Assembly (NCBI GenBank): GCA_963924565.1
Contig: OZ004609.1
Span: 32,922,001-32,986,000 of the forward strand
Direction: 5' to 3'
From: Ascidiella aspersa
Taxonomy: Eukaryota
Length of the DNA stretch: 64,000 nt
This document shows positions 12,020 through 24,200 of the stretch, one piece after another (the stretch's first letter is position 1; each line of letters starts with the position of its first letter). The notes beneath the pieces are model-generated. The model saw only the letters and a list, made by a program, of their open reading frames with translations, had not been told where the DNA came from and made no database searches. A program made the position numbers and the translations under genes.

Positions 12020-14919
12020 CTTGGAACTTCCCCTAATAGACTATTTTGTACGCTACACGGCTTAGTTTCGAGTAAGGAATGTTTAGTATTTTAACACAGA
12101 AACAACGCAATCGGGGCAATTGGTAGACCTCTGCGTTTTGTAATGACTTTCAAATTTTAGTCTAAAGTCTATAGGGATAGACCATCTGCAACTTTAATTG
12201 GTCAGGGCATGGCACTGACTTAAGCACTGCGTTCAAGGGCACGCAAATTGCGTTTCCTGTTTCGAGCAGAGTTGACGCAAGATTGAACCAGCGCAACCCG
12301 CCAGTTAATAAGTTAGAGCAACGACGAAACAACTAGCGAACTTTGCGTTACTGCAAAATACACAGTAAAACTTTAAATAATCATATCTACAGCGGTTTAT
12401 CAATAATACCTTACAGTTAAAACCAACGACGTAATAAAACCAAATTCGCAAAATATGTGGGGCTTGGAGTTGGGTAATGTTCTGGCCGTTTAAGTCTTAT
12501 TCTGATTAATAGTTATTAACCCTGTTTTGATCTTATTCCGAACTGTGTTTCATTCCGACGTTTATGCTATTCTAATTTCGAATTTCATTTTCTGGTTCTG
12601 TAAACGACGTGCGCCTATCAGCACTGTTCGTTTTCCTATTCAACCTGTCTCAACTTTCTCTGTTATTTGCGTTTTTGGAAAAAGGAAAACAACCACGATC
12701 CTTTTTCGCTGTCATGAAGGTTAAGAGAGTTTTTACTGTAAACTACCTCAAGCCCAACTAATCTATACACAATGCTCTTATCGTATCGTGCACACTTGGA
12801 TGTTAGTTATTACACAGCCATAATATTGCTTTTTGAGGACTTCATTTAAAACTAAGCTGAACTGATTGGAGGGCAGAATTTTATTATCCTAGGCGAATTA
12901 GTTTTTCGTTTTCATGTCAATTGCCATCCTAACATCTCAGTTTCTAACTTGCGCAATCTAACAAAGGCCTTTTGTTTGTTGCATTACAGCTTCAGCGAAG
13001 GCTTTTGTGTTTGTTCTAAAAAACAACCTACATCTTGCTATTAAATTTGCTGTAGGAGTGGGCTACATAACAATAAACTGTAAGAACTTAGATGAACCGT
13101 AACCCTCATCTTCAGCGTTATTTCCTACAATACAGACTGATGGTGATTTAACAAAAGAACAAGATCCACAACAGTTTACGAGAAATGATGTTTAAAGTTA
13201 ATTTGTAATCTTGAGTTTTGGACGCCTCGTGAGTGACGATATTTAAATTGCATTATACGCATATTAAAAACGATTTTAAAGTTAGTTTGCTGACAACTGC
13301 GCTAATGTGACTGTCAAAGTTTAAGGCTACGATAAATAGTTTTCGAAATGTCCAAAGTATCAATCTATTTACTGCATTTTTTTTGGAAATAACACAATTT
13401 AGGAAGTCGTTCTATTCTAGCTTTTAAACAATTCATCTACAAATTGTTTCGACGCGTTTACTCGACTAATATTGTTGCTCAATTTGTCTTCGTAAAATAA
13501 AACCTGAATGAACTAAAATACATCTTTTGTAAATAAAATAAATATTCATAATAAAATCCACGCTTCTAATGATTGACTGTCTATCGCAGTCGAGCCTAAT
13601 TAACGGTAGTTGAGTAGCAGGCTATTTAGTAACTGCTCAAAAAAGCGCCATTCATTCAGTGTAATACACCGCCCAATAAACTACAATACAACGCATGCTT
13701 CCTTAACGAGGCGATACACACACTACACAGCCGATAGCACCATATGTCCAGCGTACTTTATCTCTACGTGTCGAATTAAGTCACCGAACATTTAAATTAT
13801 AGACAACTTTAAGCGGGCTGGCTGCGGCCCTTTTTCTAAAGTTGTTGATATCGAAGAATACTAAAGCAAAGCGTGTGAGTCATTGTCCGACGGCAGCGCG
13901 AATTTAGAATGGAGCAAAAGTTAATTTTGAGTTGTTTAGTCAATCAGCAGTGACAAGCGTTTGCAAGAAAAACGCAAACTGACAGGCTTGGTATGTTTTA
14001 ATAGCTCATAGCATTAGCTATATACACGATATATACACGAAAAAGTGGGGGACATAAGTCATTGTGGACAAAAATGTAAATTATATCTATTTAGGTTGGT
14101 CATAGTAAGTAAATAGTAAGTTCCACAAGTGACAGCATAGTAAGTGCTGTCACTTGTGGAATAGATACTGTTAGAATAGCGATCGCTCTGTGTTATGTAA
14201 GTGGACATGTTGGGAGCATTTTAAGTACGCTGTACACTACAGCCACTAGAAAGCCTGTAATCAAGCCCATCCTGTCGCTTTTGCCGGCATCTTGTCACGT
14301 CCGAGCCTTTTCCGCAAACCGCCCAATTCTGGCGGGACGTGACTTGTTTCGCTTCCCGCAAATAGGATGCATTTAACACCAACCGTCAGCTCTTGTTAAG
14401 CCCGTCAGCCCCGTTTCGGGCGGATCTATAATGTTGGAAAACACACAAAGCAGCGTATATAGGAAAACTTTCACCAGCGCCACTGTTGTTCTTATACCAG
14501 TGGTTCTCAAACTTTTACCGTTTACATAAGGAGATATGAATTTCGGGGTTTTATGTTACTTTTGTCGATAAAGTTACAAGTTGGTCACATTGGTGAAAAT
14601 AAATTTGCAAAGTTTGCGTTATTCAGAAATTTAACGAAACCTTAATTTGGGGTTCAAAAAACAGGCTAGCCTTTTCTTTTAAGGCTAAAATGACTATAAG
14701 AGAAAAAAAAAATTTTTTGACGGTTCTAGATCAGGCTCGCGTTCAGACCGTGAACTTGCTTGGACCCAAGGCTTTCCAAACTGGGGACGGCATCCCTGCA
14801 AGATTGAAGGAAACTTGCACCCATTTTTTTTTGGTGTGCAAATTTTAATACGGAACATAATTCCGTGCAGAAGCAGAAAACACGGGAAATATGTTGCCTA
14901 TCACCATTAAACACTAAAT

Positions 14920-15022
14920 CAGTGTTTCTTAACCTTTTTTACTTGGGGGCGCACCTAGTACCGGTATTTCTCTTAAATTGCCTGCTGGCAGCCTTCCATT
15001 GCGCACCGGTTGAGAAACGCTG
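14920..15022. mobile_element. Short hAT-type MITE
   Basis: cagtgtttcttaacc / ggttgagaaacgctg with TSD cactaaat / cactaaag. Confidence 0.6.
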
Positions 15023-16156
15023 CACTAAAGGATGGCGGCAAAGTTCAATAAACAAAATTAAAGTTTCAATATTCTAAACAAACGGCATACCGAAACGTTT
15101 AAGAAGAGCTGCTTAAGACTTGAGTTGCAAAACTTTTCAACTGATGTATTCTCAATAAAATAAGACGAGAAATGAACTTATAATTTTAAAATGGTTTTTC
15201 ATTTTGATGAATGCTTTCTATTTGAAATGTTTCAAGAATCTTCTGACGATTCGCATTTTTTTTTGTCAAATTTGTAAAATAAAGTTTATAAACATTATAA
15301 CTGAAGATGATACAAGCTCGTACCAAAACGTCTTAATCAAAATGATGTCGATCTACTCGACCTTTTTGGCTTTGCAAATCATTATAAAGTTACAAACATT
15401 GCAGTATCTTGGGATGTTTTTTCACGTATATTCGTATAATGGTCGGTTCGAACTTGCAAAGTAATACTAACTTGAGTAATATACATAATTAAAAGCTGTA
15501 TGTGACACTACATTTTGCAGTTAAATTGCCGAAAGGGCGATGTAATTCATCTGCATAAAGCGTCATTCTCAAAACCAGGATTTTGCAAAACGCCACAACG
15601 GCTAAAACTATAATCACAGGATTGTGAATTTTGCAGATGAATCGCCTCGTGTTGCACACTTTGGTGATAATGTGCAACATAGTTTGGGGTCTGGGTTTTG
15701 CTTTTTTTGCATTTGTACATCGAAAGTCGTTAAAAGTACAATTTATATAGGAGTAACACTAACGTGAAATTATTATGTAGCCCCATTCGCGTTTCTGAAA
15801 TTGGTCGCGCGACCACCAACATTTATAAAATAAAAAAAATTGGGTATCTCAATTTTTGCACGTAAAACAATTAGCTATATCTTCTTTTTTAGTTCAGTTA
15901 ATGCCTATAATTTGACTGGGATTTAAGTCCTTTTAAAATGTCTTTTAAAAATGTCATTTTTAAAATGTCACAACACTTATAACGTAAACCAAGTGTGGCC
16001 TAAGTGTAGTACAGCATGAACTCACTTCTGTACACGGTTACCAAATGTTTTAATGTTCAGTATATTGTCATCTTGTGGCTTGGTACTTAAATATACGTGC
16101 TCAAAGCGCGAAATCTAAAACCTCGTCTTAAAACTTTAGAATTTAAGGGTCATGGC

Positions 16157-16639
16157 CAGGGCTGGGGAGCCGGAGCCGGAGCTGGAGCCCGGAGCCCGGA
16201 GCTAAGCATTTTCTCTGGAGCCGGAGCCGGAGCCGGAGCAATTTTTATTATTTTTGTGGAGCTGGAGCCGGAGCCGGAGCCATTTTTATTATTTTTGTGG
16301 AGCTGGAGCCGGAGCTGGAGCCATTTTTATTATTTTTGTGTAGCTGGAGCCATTTTTCAATTTGTGGTGTTAAAGCTAAGAAATTATATTTTGTTCCATC
16401 TCCAACGTTAGTGAGACAAAAGCAATTTTTAAAACTTGCCATTGAATAAGTGACTGGTGGCACCGGAGCTGGAGCCGGGGTCATTGGGTGTATGTTTGAT
16501 GGCTCCGGAGCTGGAGCCGGAGCCAAGGGATATGAGTTTTACTACTCCGGAGCTGGAGCCGGAGCCATTTAATAATTGCCTGATGGCTCCGGAGCTGGAG
16601 CCGGAGCTAATGCTATTTTACGGTGGCTCCCCAGCCCTG
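16157..16639. mobile_element. hAT-type MITE built from GGAGCC/GGAGCT hexamer arrays
   Basis: Perfect 15-bp TIR cagggctggggagcc / ggctccccagccctg; exact 8-bp TSD gtcatggc (16149-16156, 16640-16647); inverted copy at 57643-58129. Confidence 0.9.
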
Positions 16640-18223
16640 GTCATGGCCCTTCCAAACTATATTTTTTTGCCTACTTTTACTATTTAAATGCAAAAAAGTT
16701 TTATTTTCTGGCATGTTTTATGATGTTTCAGGGATCTTTGCAGCCCAAAGGCGCCGTACATACCATGACATGTTGCGTCGTGTGAATTCTATTAGACTGC
16801 GATTTACATGCACATTGGCCTACGAGTTGTCCACAAACGGCTGTTTTTTATGATTAGTTTTTTTATGACGTCTAGTTATGACGAAAATTATGACGTCATC
16901 TCTGAACATTTTCATATCCTGTCAAATAAAAATCCTGGATCCGACCCTGTAAACGGCCACAGCCAATCTTGGTCCAACGATTGAATTGTGCTTCTCCTTG
17001 GTACATGCGGGTGGCACAATATTAAAAGGTGTGTGTTTTGTTACGTAGTTTTTGGCGTTATCTCATAGGCCGGGTAAAAATCAATAGGGTCTCAGCACTC
17101 ATAGACCGGTTGCAATGACCAAGGACATTTCGAATTTCGCCGTGACAAAGTAACCTCTCCCGTATGCTTTGTCATTGGTTCTTGGCGTACAATACTGTTG
17201 GCGTCCTGGTGTACTTTTGTACAAGAAGTTCCATTAAGAAAAGGGACTTTTGACACGCGGCTATCGTCTTACAAACGCTGTTGGAAGAAATTGTTTGTAA
17301 ACGAAAGGATAGGGTTTGAAGAGTAGGAACATAACCTTGTAATTCGTAACAGGCAATTTTTTTGGCTATACAAATTCTTAGGTAAAGCAAAAAGTTTTCC
17401 AATGCAAAGCAACTTATTTTAACAATATGCTCAGAGACCCTATGCCACTGCCTACTAACGCCAAAAGTGTTATGTTCAGTTTGAAAGGTCTGTACACTGA
17501 ACGCCGCAAAGCGACTAAAAACGAAGAATCGCTAGTCATTATTGCAACGCCGTCACCCGTAGCCTAAATGACGCAGCAAACAGCACAGTCTTGTCATACT
17601 GAGAAGCACCGCGCAGGCTTTTGCTAGGCTATATAGGCATAGCTGATATATACAGCGTAACAATAAACTGCTTCCTTTGGTTCAGTCGAAAGCCCGCAAA
17701 TCCAAAATAGCTGGTGCTGTTTCAAGTTTTAGCAATTGTCAATTAAGCATGCTGTAAGCTTTTAGATACCTACGCGTTTTTAAGGTGTTGTTTGCTGTAC
17801 AAAAGCGCACTGGTTTAGATTGCTTGTTGGCCGTATTTCTTGTTTTGAGAAGGTTTGTTTATTAGGGTGAAGTGTCATGCGAAACGTTATGCCAAAGGAA
17901 ATGACTGACGACATTTAGCAGTTCTTGCCTGTTTTACGCTTCACGGTACGTTAATGTATTGGCTTGACGCTGAGATGGGAGTGGTAATTTCCGAATAATA
18001 CCTATATGTAGTTTGCTATAAAATGATGCTTCTAATAACACTGTCAGCAATAATCAGGCAGGTTGAAAGCAAATTTTGGTGGCATGTCCATTTTAAAAAG
18101 TCATGTTATATTCTATCAACCCGTTTTAAAGTCGCACGCTGGATTGTTTTTTTTTTCGGTCAGGTCGCATTACAACTCAAACTTAGGTACGTTTTCCTTG
18201 TTCACTTTCTGCAGCAAACGACG

Positions 18224-21200
18224 ATGTCAAAGTTCGATATCAAGACTGCTATCAACGTGAAAGGAGAGTTTGTCAGAAAGGACTCGTCGTTTCGCAACGA
18301 AATTAAAGGTAAACGTCAAAGTGTTGCAGACTGGCACATGAGCTGTAAGTTTAGATTCATGATCAGGAAGTGGCTCTAACTCTAGAACTAGTTTTGATTT
18401 TAATACCGGTAGTGTATTAGTGATTGGAAACAAATATTGCATGAACAACATTAGGAAAATCACACACTTTTATACTTGTGTAAACCGAGACAGCTCAGTA
18501 ATGCCTCTATATTGCATATTGGCACTTAATTCAGTTCGACAGATATTTTTATTAAGTGAGTACGCCTAGACTTGAAATCCGGAAACACTAGTATATTTTC
18601 ACGTTTTTACGGGATGTTGTGCTGAAATTTGTGTATGCCGAACTTCAGAATATGTTAATCATGGTTGTCGTTTTGTTCAAAGAAAAACGAAAACGGTTAA
18701 AATCGTGATAAACGGTCTTAATATTTAAAAACAAAATACAGAAACCGGCAACATAACGTTTCTATGAGTCAAAATATGATTAGTCACGCCTCGCTGCAGG
18801 AGAAAGGAAACGATTCATTTTTTCTCAGCGCAATGTTTGCTTTGCAGTAAAATCTGTTTGTATAAAGGAGGTTGGTTATGTAAGCAGTAGTAGCAAACAC
18901 TAGCGTGTGGTGTGTGTGTTAGATGCTCGCTTCGAGATACCGACTAACTGCAGTTCTCAGCACTTCAATTCGCAAGTTTAAAGCGCCCGAAAGCCCTTCA
19001 CTGAAGCGATATATTTCGACTTCTTTAAGAGCTGTTTTAAACATGTCTGAGAAAAAGCATGTCGGCGTGATCAGCCTGGTGACCAAAAAGGGAGAGTTTG
19101 TCAGGAACCAATCTGTATTCAGAAACGAAATACAAGGTATATCTTTGCTCTCTGGTCAAATGTTATCACGATTGAACTGTTTTTTTTTTAGCTGACTGCA
19201 CCCTAATACAGTGGTTCTCAACCGGGGTGACGCGTCACTCTTGGGTGCTATTTATAATGCTCAAGGGTGCCGAGAGATATTTGAGAATTTTTAAGTATCT
19301 GATTTTTGCTTAACTCTTACAGCTTTTTGTGTAAGATTAGAGTGAAATAATTCCAATCATAACTTCCTACTTTGTGTAAAGTTGGTATGTGTTCTTCCAG
19401 TTCCAATATTGTGACATTCTAGTAAATTACCTACTGTAAAATTTTGTAGGGGTGCCGCAATTTATAAAAATATACATAAGTGCAGGCCAACTTAATCAAG
19501 CTAATTAATTATGACGACATATACAATTAATATACGCGCGTGCAAACCATCGTTTATAATTGCGGTAATGTTTAAGCCAGTGGTCGGCACCCTTTTATAT
19601 TGTTTGTTGTTTTTTCGGATGAGGTATAATATTTGTCAACATCGTGGCAAAAATCGTGATTTGAAAGTGCCGTTTACGTAAGGTTGAAATATTTGAAAAA
19701 ATACTGGGGCAGTTTTATTCATAACAACCACACTGAGAAATAATAGCCTCCCGTAAATCTTTCTGCATTTATTCATCAGACAAGTCATAGGGCGGCATTA
19801 AAAGAGCCATATATGGCTCGAGAGCCGCAGGTTACCGACCGCTGGTTAAGCCCTGGGGAGGAAAATTACCCTCCGTGCTGCCACTGCGGCCACATAAATT
19901 TAAGGTAAAAGAAAGTAGGTGTTAAATTGGAAATTTAACGTTATTTTAATGTTCAAGATTAATTGTCAGTAATGCTTACAAATTCAGGCCTACATAAAAC
20001 TATATGATTGTAATGCTATGTTGTATTCTATAAAACCAAAATCGGTACCACGTTTGCAAACAGGCCGAAAGTTTCCTCTGTTTTATGCGATAACAGATTA
20101 TCAGACAAGCCCATCGTTTGAGCAGTCGTGTCATAAATTCGTTTATGTTGTGTCGAAAAGTCGTTGATAATAGCTTTTTGTCGCACCAACAGAGCTTTGC
20201 TATGCTGATATGGCATAGTTAGAGTGCGCAACTTTAATTGTTGTTCATCAGTGTTTCATATTGCAATGGCTTGTTTGTGCTTGTAAAATACCTTAAACAA
20301 TTTCACGTTTTTAATGACCATGTGTTAAAATTTTATGCCGATTTTGAAAAAAAAAAAAAAACTAAACAAACTGCTAGTAAAGAAGCTAATGCTGACGATT
20401 TTGCCGAATCCCTCCGTGGTAATGTATTAGGAGTTAATTCGTAGTTTGCATAGTTATGTTAGAATAAAACTAAGTAGGCAAACTTTCCTCAAACAAAACC
20501 GAACGGTTGACAAATTAGATTTAGATTCGTGGACACGTTGAGCATTATTACATATTTTTTCGTCACGTATTTTTTCTTGTTGACAGAGGGCGGCGAATTT
20601 CCGCCAGAAAAGGGTCGCTATCACCTCTACGTATCACTGGCTTGTCCGTGGGCACATCGGACCCTTATCGTGAGAAAGTAAGTTTAACGAAGTAGTACAT
20701 TACACAAACAAACGCGTGCCCAATCATACTCACAACTGTTCAGTTTATATAACTATTGAACGTTGAAGGTTGATCATAAATTAAAATCAATTAAAAGATA
20801 TCGCGTAACTAAAAGTTTGAAGCCCTGAGTTATACGACATTGTTTTCTTTATGTTAGACGAAATTTCTTATATTAACCTTTCGGTTTCGTATGCGAGACA
20901 TACAGCAAACATGATGTTGCACATTCCGTACAGCCCGCGAAGTAAACGCCTACATATAACATATATATAGGCGTTGCGCGAAGTACCTTTGTTAACCTAC
21001 GACCTACGTAGGCGCTCCGACACGGTTACAAGGCTGTGGTATTTTGACATGACGCCAGTTACTTTCTTTGTGCAGACTTAAAGGTTTGGAGGACGTCATT
21101 TCTTTCACCGTCGTCGACTTTCTTATGGGAAGCAATGGTTGGAAGTTTAACGAAGAGGTAACCAGCGGTTTTGCTGGTTGGGTACAAGCTTGACACAAAA

Positions 21201-24200
21201 ATACGATGAGTCATGCCACCGCTGGCACCAGCGCTGATGAAGAATGACCATGCAGTTTTGTTGCGTGACAGTGCACTTTTCCTATATGTCTCTGACACGC
21301 ACTTGCGCTCTCTTTAATATGCTTGTATCATCACATTAAAAAAGGCACTTGAATAACAACCCATAAAGCAGGAAGATTCTAACAAAAAAAATTTAATGGT
21401 CGTACAATAGTTTGGGTGAACTAGAAAAACAACATGCGAAACAGTAAAAGTTAAATAATTATCTTTAAATTCGCCCAACATTCTGGCCCAAAGAAATTAT
21501 ATGGTTTTTCTTCATGAATTGGTGGAGGCGCCGACTTGAAAATAGTTTTGTTTATCCCGCAGTCATCTATTGTGGGAATGTAAGTTTTCTAAAGGAGCGA
21601 TCAAATTTGCCAAAGTTTCTCATAATTTGTTTTTTAAAGTGTTATTTGCGCAGGGATAAAAATAGTTTTGTTTAATTTGTGTTTCGGAAACAGTCAAATT
21701 TATCCAACGCTCTTTCAACCTGTACCCAATTATGTAAGTGGAACTAAAGGACATTTCATAATTTTTTATGTCGGACCCTTAAAAACATGTTTTTCGTGCA
21801 CCAGGGTCGGCATAATGTTTTTGAGATGAGGTCATATATTAACGTCATAATCATAAAACAAGTTGGCCTTAAGAAATTTGTTGTTTTCAGTCCAACTAAT
21901 GCGAAACTGAAATGAAGTATAACCCCATTAGGAGCATAAGGAGCATTAGGAGCGTTTTTTTCTCTTAAACTCTGTGAAAAATTATCATTTTTAAATTTAT
22001 ACAGCAAGACAAGATTTCAATAAGGCCTTCATGAACCCCTAAAGACCAATCCATGTACTCCCAAGGGTTTAAGATCCACTGCATTATGCGACAGCGCCAC
22101 TTAGAAGAACGATTTTTATTTTCATGTGCAAATCAAACTTACCTCCTTAATCATTCGTGATCGTCGAAAACAAATTACGAGACGAAAAAAGTACAAACAT
22201 TTACGTTCACAGTGTCCAGGATGTGAGAAGGACCCGATCTTCGGCGCGGAATACATGAGGGAAGTTTACCTGAAAGCTTCACCAGGTGTGTTTAAATTGT
22301 ACCTTGGCCGCACGTAAAAGTAAGGAAGTCAGTTTTTCTCGATAGCGATCCCTATTATTTTCGGCTAAAAGTTTCTCATTTCGACCCCATACCAAATCAC
22401 GTCATTACTTATGGCAAATAAAATGTTAATTTGATACAAAGGTAACAATTTTTAGGTCATTAGATCCAATTTTTGTTTTGCTTTATTTATCTTCTATTCT
22501 TTTCGGCACTAATACTATGAATAGCTGACAAGTGCCGACACTTCCATCAGGTATGGACGGGACCAAGTGTCGAACGAATAAAAAACGTTTTGCAGCACAT
22601 TCAACATGTAAAAAAAAAAAAATATTTATTAACATGGCACTGAAAAATACACAAAGAAAAATGTAACCTTTTTCAATTTAAAATAGACACCCGCACACTG
22701 GGGCACATCTAAAATGCGAAGAGAAAAATGTCCTGAAAATCAGTTTTTTGATTAAAATCCCTGCAGTGTTCATATGGGTTCTTTAAAATCACTTTATCGT
22801 TGTTACTTGACAAAAAAAGTTATATTTGCCAGAACGTCCTGTAAAAACTTGCGATAGGTCACCATGAGCCCTGGGTGTTTTGAACTGATTTACGTTTTGA
22901 AAAGTCTATAAGAACCCTACGTTTTTCCTAAAGTTTTTTGAAAAGTCCTTGAATTTATTTTATGTCCAGCTATGTTATGTATTTGGAAAGTGCTAAAAAC
23001 GCAATTAAAAAGTATATTTTTTACTGTTTTGTTTTCAAGTTATATTTAAAAAACATTTAACAATAATAACAATTGCGTCCCACCTTTTATAAGTGATGCT
23101 TAGATTTACTCAGTCACATCACGAAGCGTCTTAATCTAGATGATGTCGATTTACTGGACGTTTTTGGCTGTGAAATTCATTATCAAGCTACATTACAGAT
23201 CCGTGCATAGTGTAACCAAATATTTGCTAACCTTTTTTTAATGTATTTTTTTGGGAACACGCAATAAGACCTAAAAATTAACAATACTTAGAGCAGAAAA
23301 ATCTAAAAAAACAGAATATTAAGACCAAGACATAATACAGCCAAATACGTCGTAATATCCAGTACAAAACAATATCAAAATCGTCTGAATAATACCTAAA
23401 TCTGTCGCAATAAGGCCTAAATTTATCGGAATAAGGCCTAAATTCATCGCAATATGGCCTAAATTTACCGGAATAAGTCCTAAATTCATCACAAAAAGGC
23501 CTAAATGGCCAAAATAATGCCAGAACCTGTGGGTTAGAAGGTATGGGACGATCGGGGGCCATCTGTCTGGCATCGACCGTTTTGGTGACTACGTTTGGAC
23601 GCCCTAGTCTAACCGCGCTTCAGGGCGCCGCTGTTTTGACACCGGATTTTGGGTACTGTTTGAGGTTTACAACCCCGTGTATATGCTATCTCAAAACACA
23701 TCATGCTTTGATCTCAGGCTACGACGGTCGCGTTACTGTGCCGGTGCTCTTCGACAAGAAGACGAAGAAGATCGTCAACAACGAGTCGAGCGAGATCATC
23801 CGGATGCTCAACTGCTCCTTGAACTCGTTCTGCGCTTGTGACTCGCAGCGCCAACTCGACTTCTACCCGACCGAACTCAGACTGGCGATCGATGCAGTCA
23901 ACGAATGGGTTTACCCGTGAGTAGTCTTTTTAGTCTTTTAGTCTTCGTTTATAGTAATATCCTGGGCAGGGATGCAGAGTCGGACACTGGAAGCGGGAGT
24001 CGACATAGTCGGTTTGTTTTGCTGGAGTTGGACTAGGGGCTAGATGTCGACTACGTAATGTTGTATTCGTAGACGGTGTATTGCTCATGGGCGTAGAAGT
24101 AAAGTAGTATAAAAGAACGAAAAACACGCACGGTTTTGTAGGGGCGCCGAATGCAACCACCATCCCAACGCAAACCAAGAATTATTGCGCCTTAGGGACG

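Noticed and set aside
16097-16853. ORFs with GAGAGA / PEPEPE / APAPAP repeats (also 57836-58142)
   Set aside because: Translations of the GGAGCY hexamer arrays inside a TIR/TSD-bounded MITE.
23278-23573. Repetitive ORFs (FRPY / NLGLI units)
   Set aside because: Products of a 21-bp intronic tandem repeat; no unique spacers, so not CRISPR-like.
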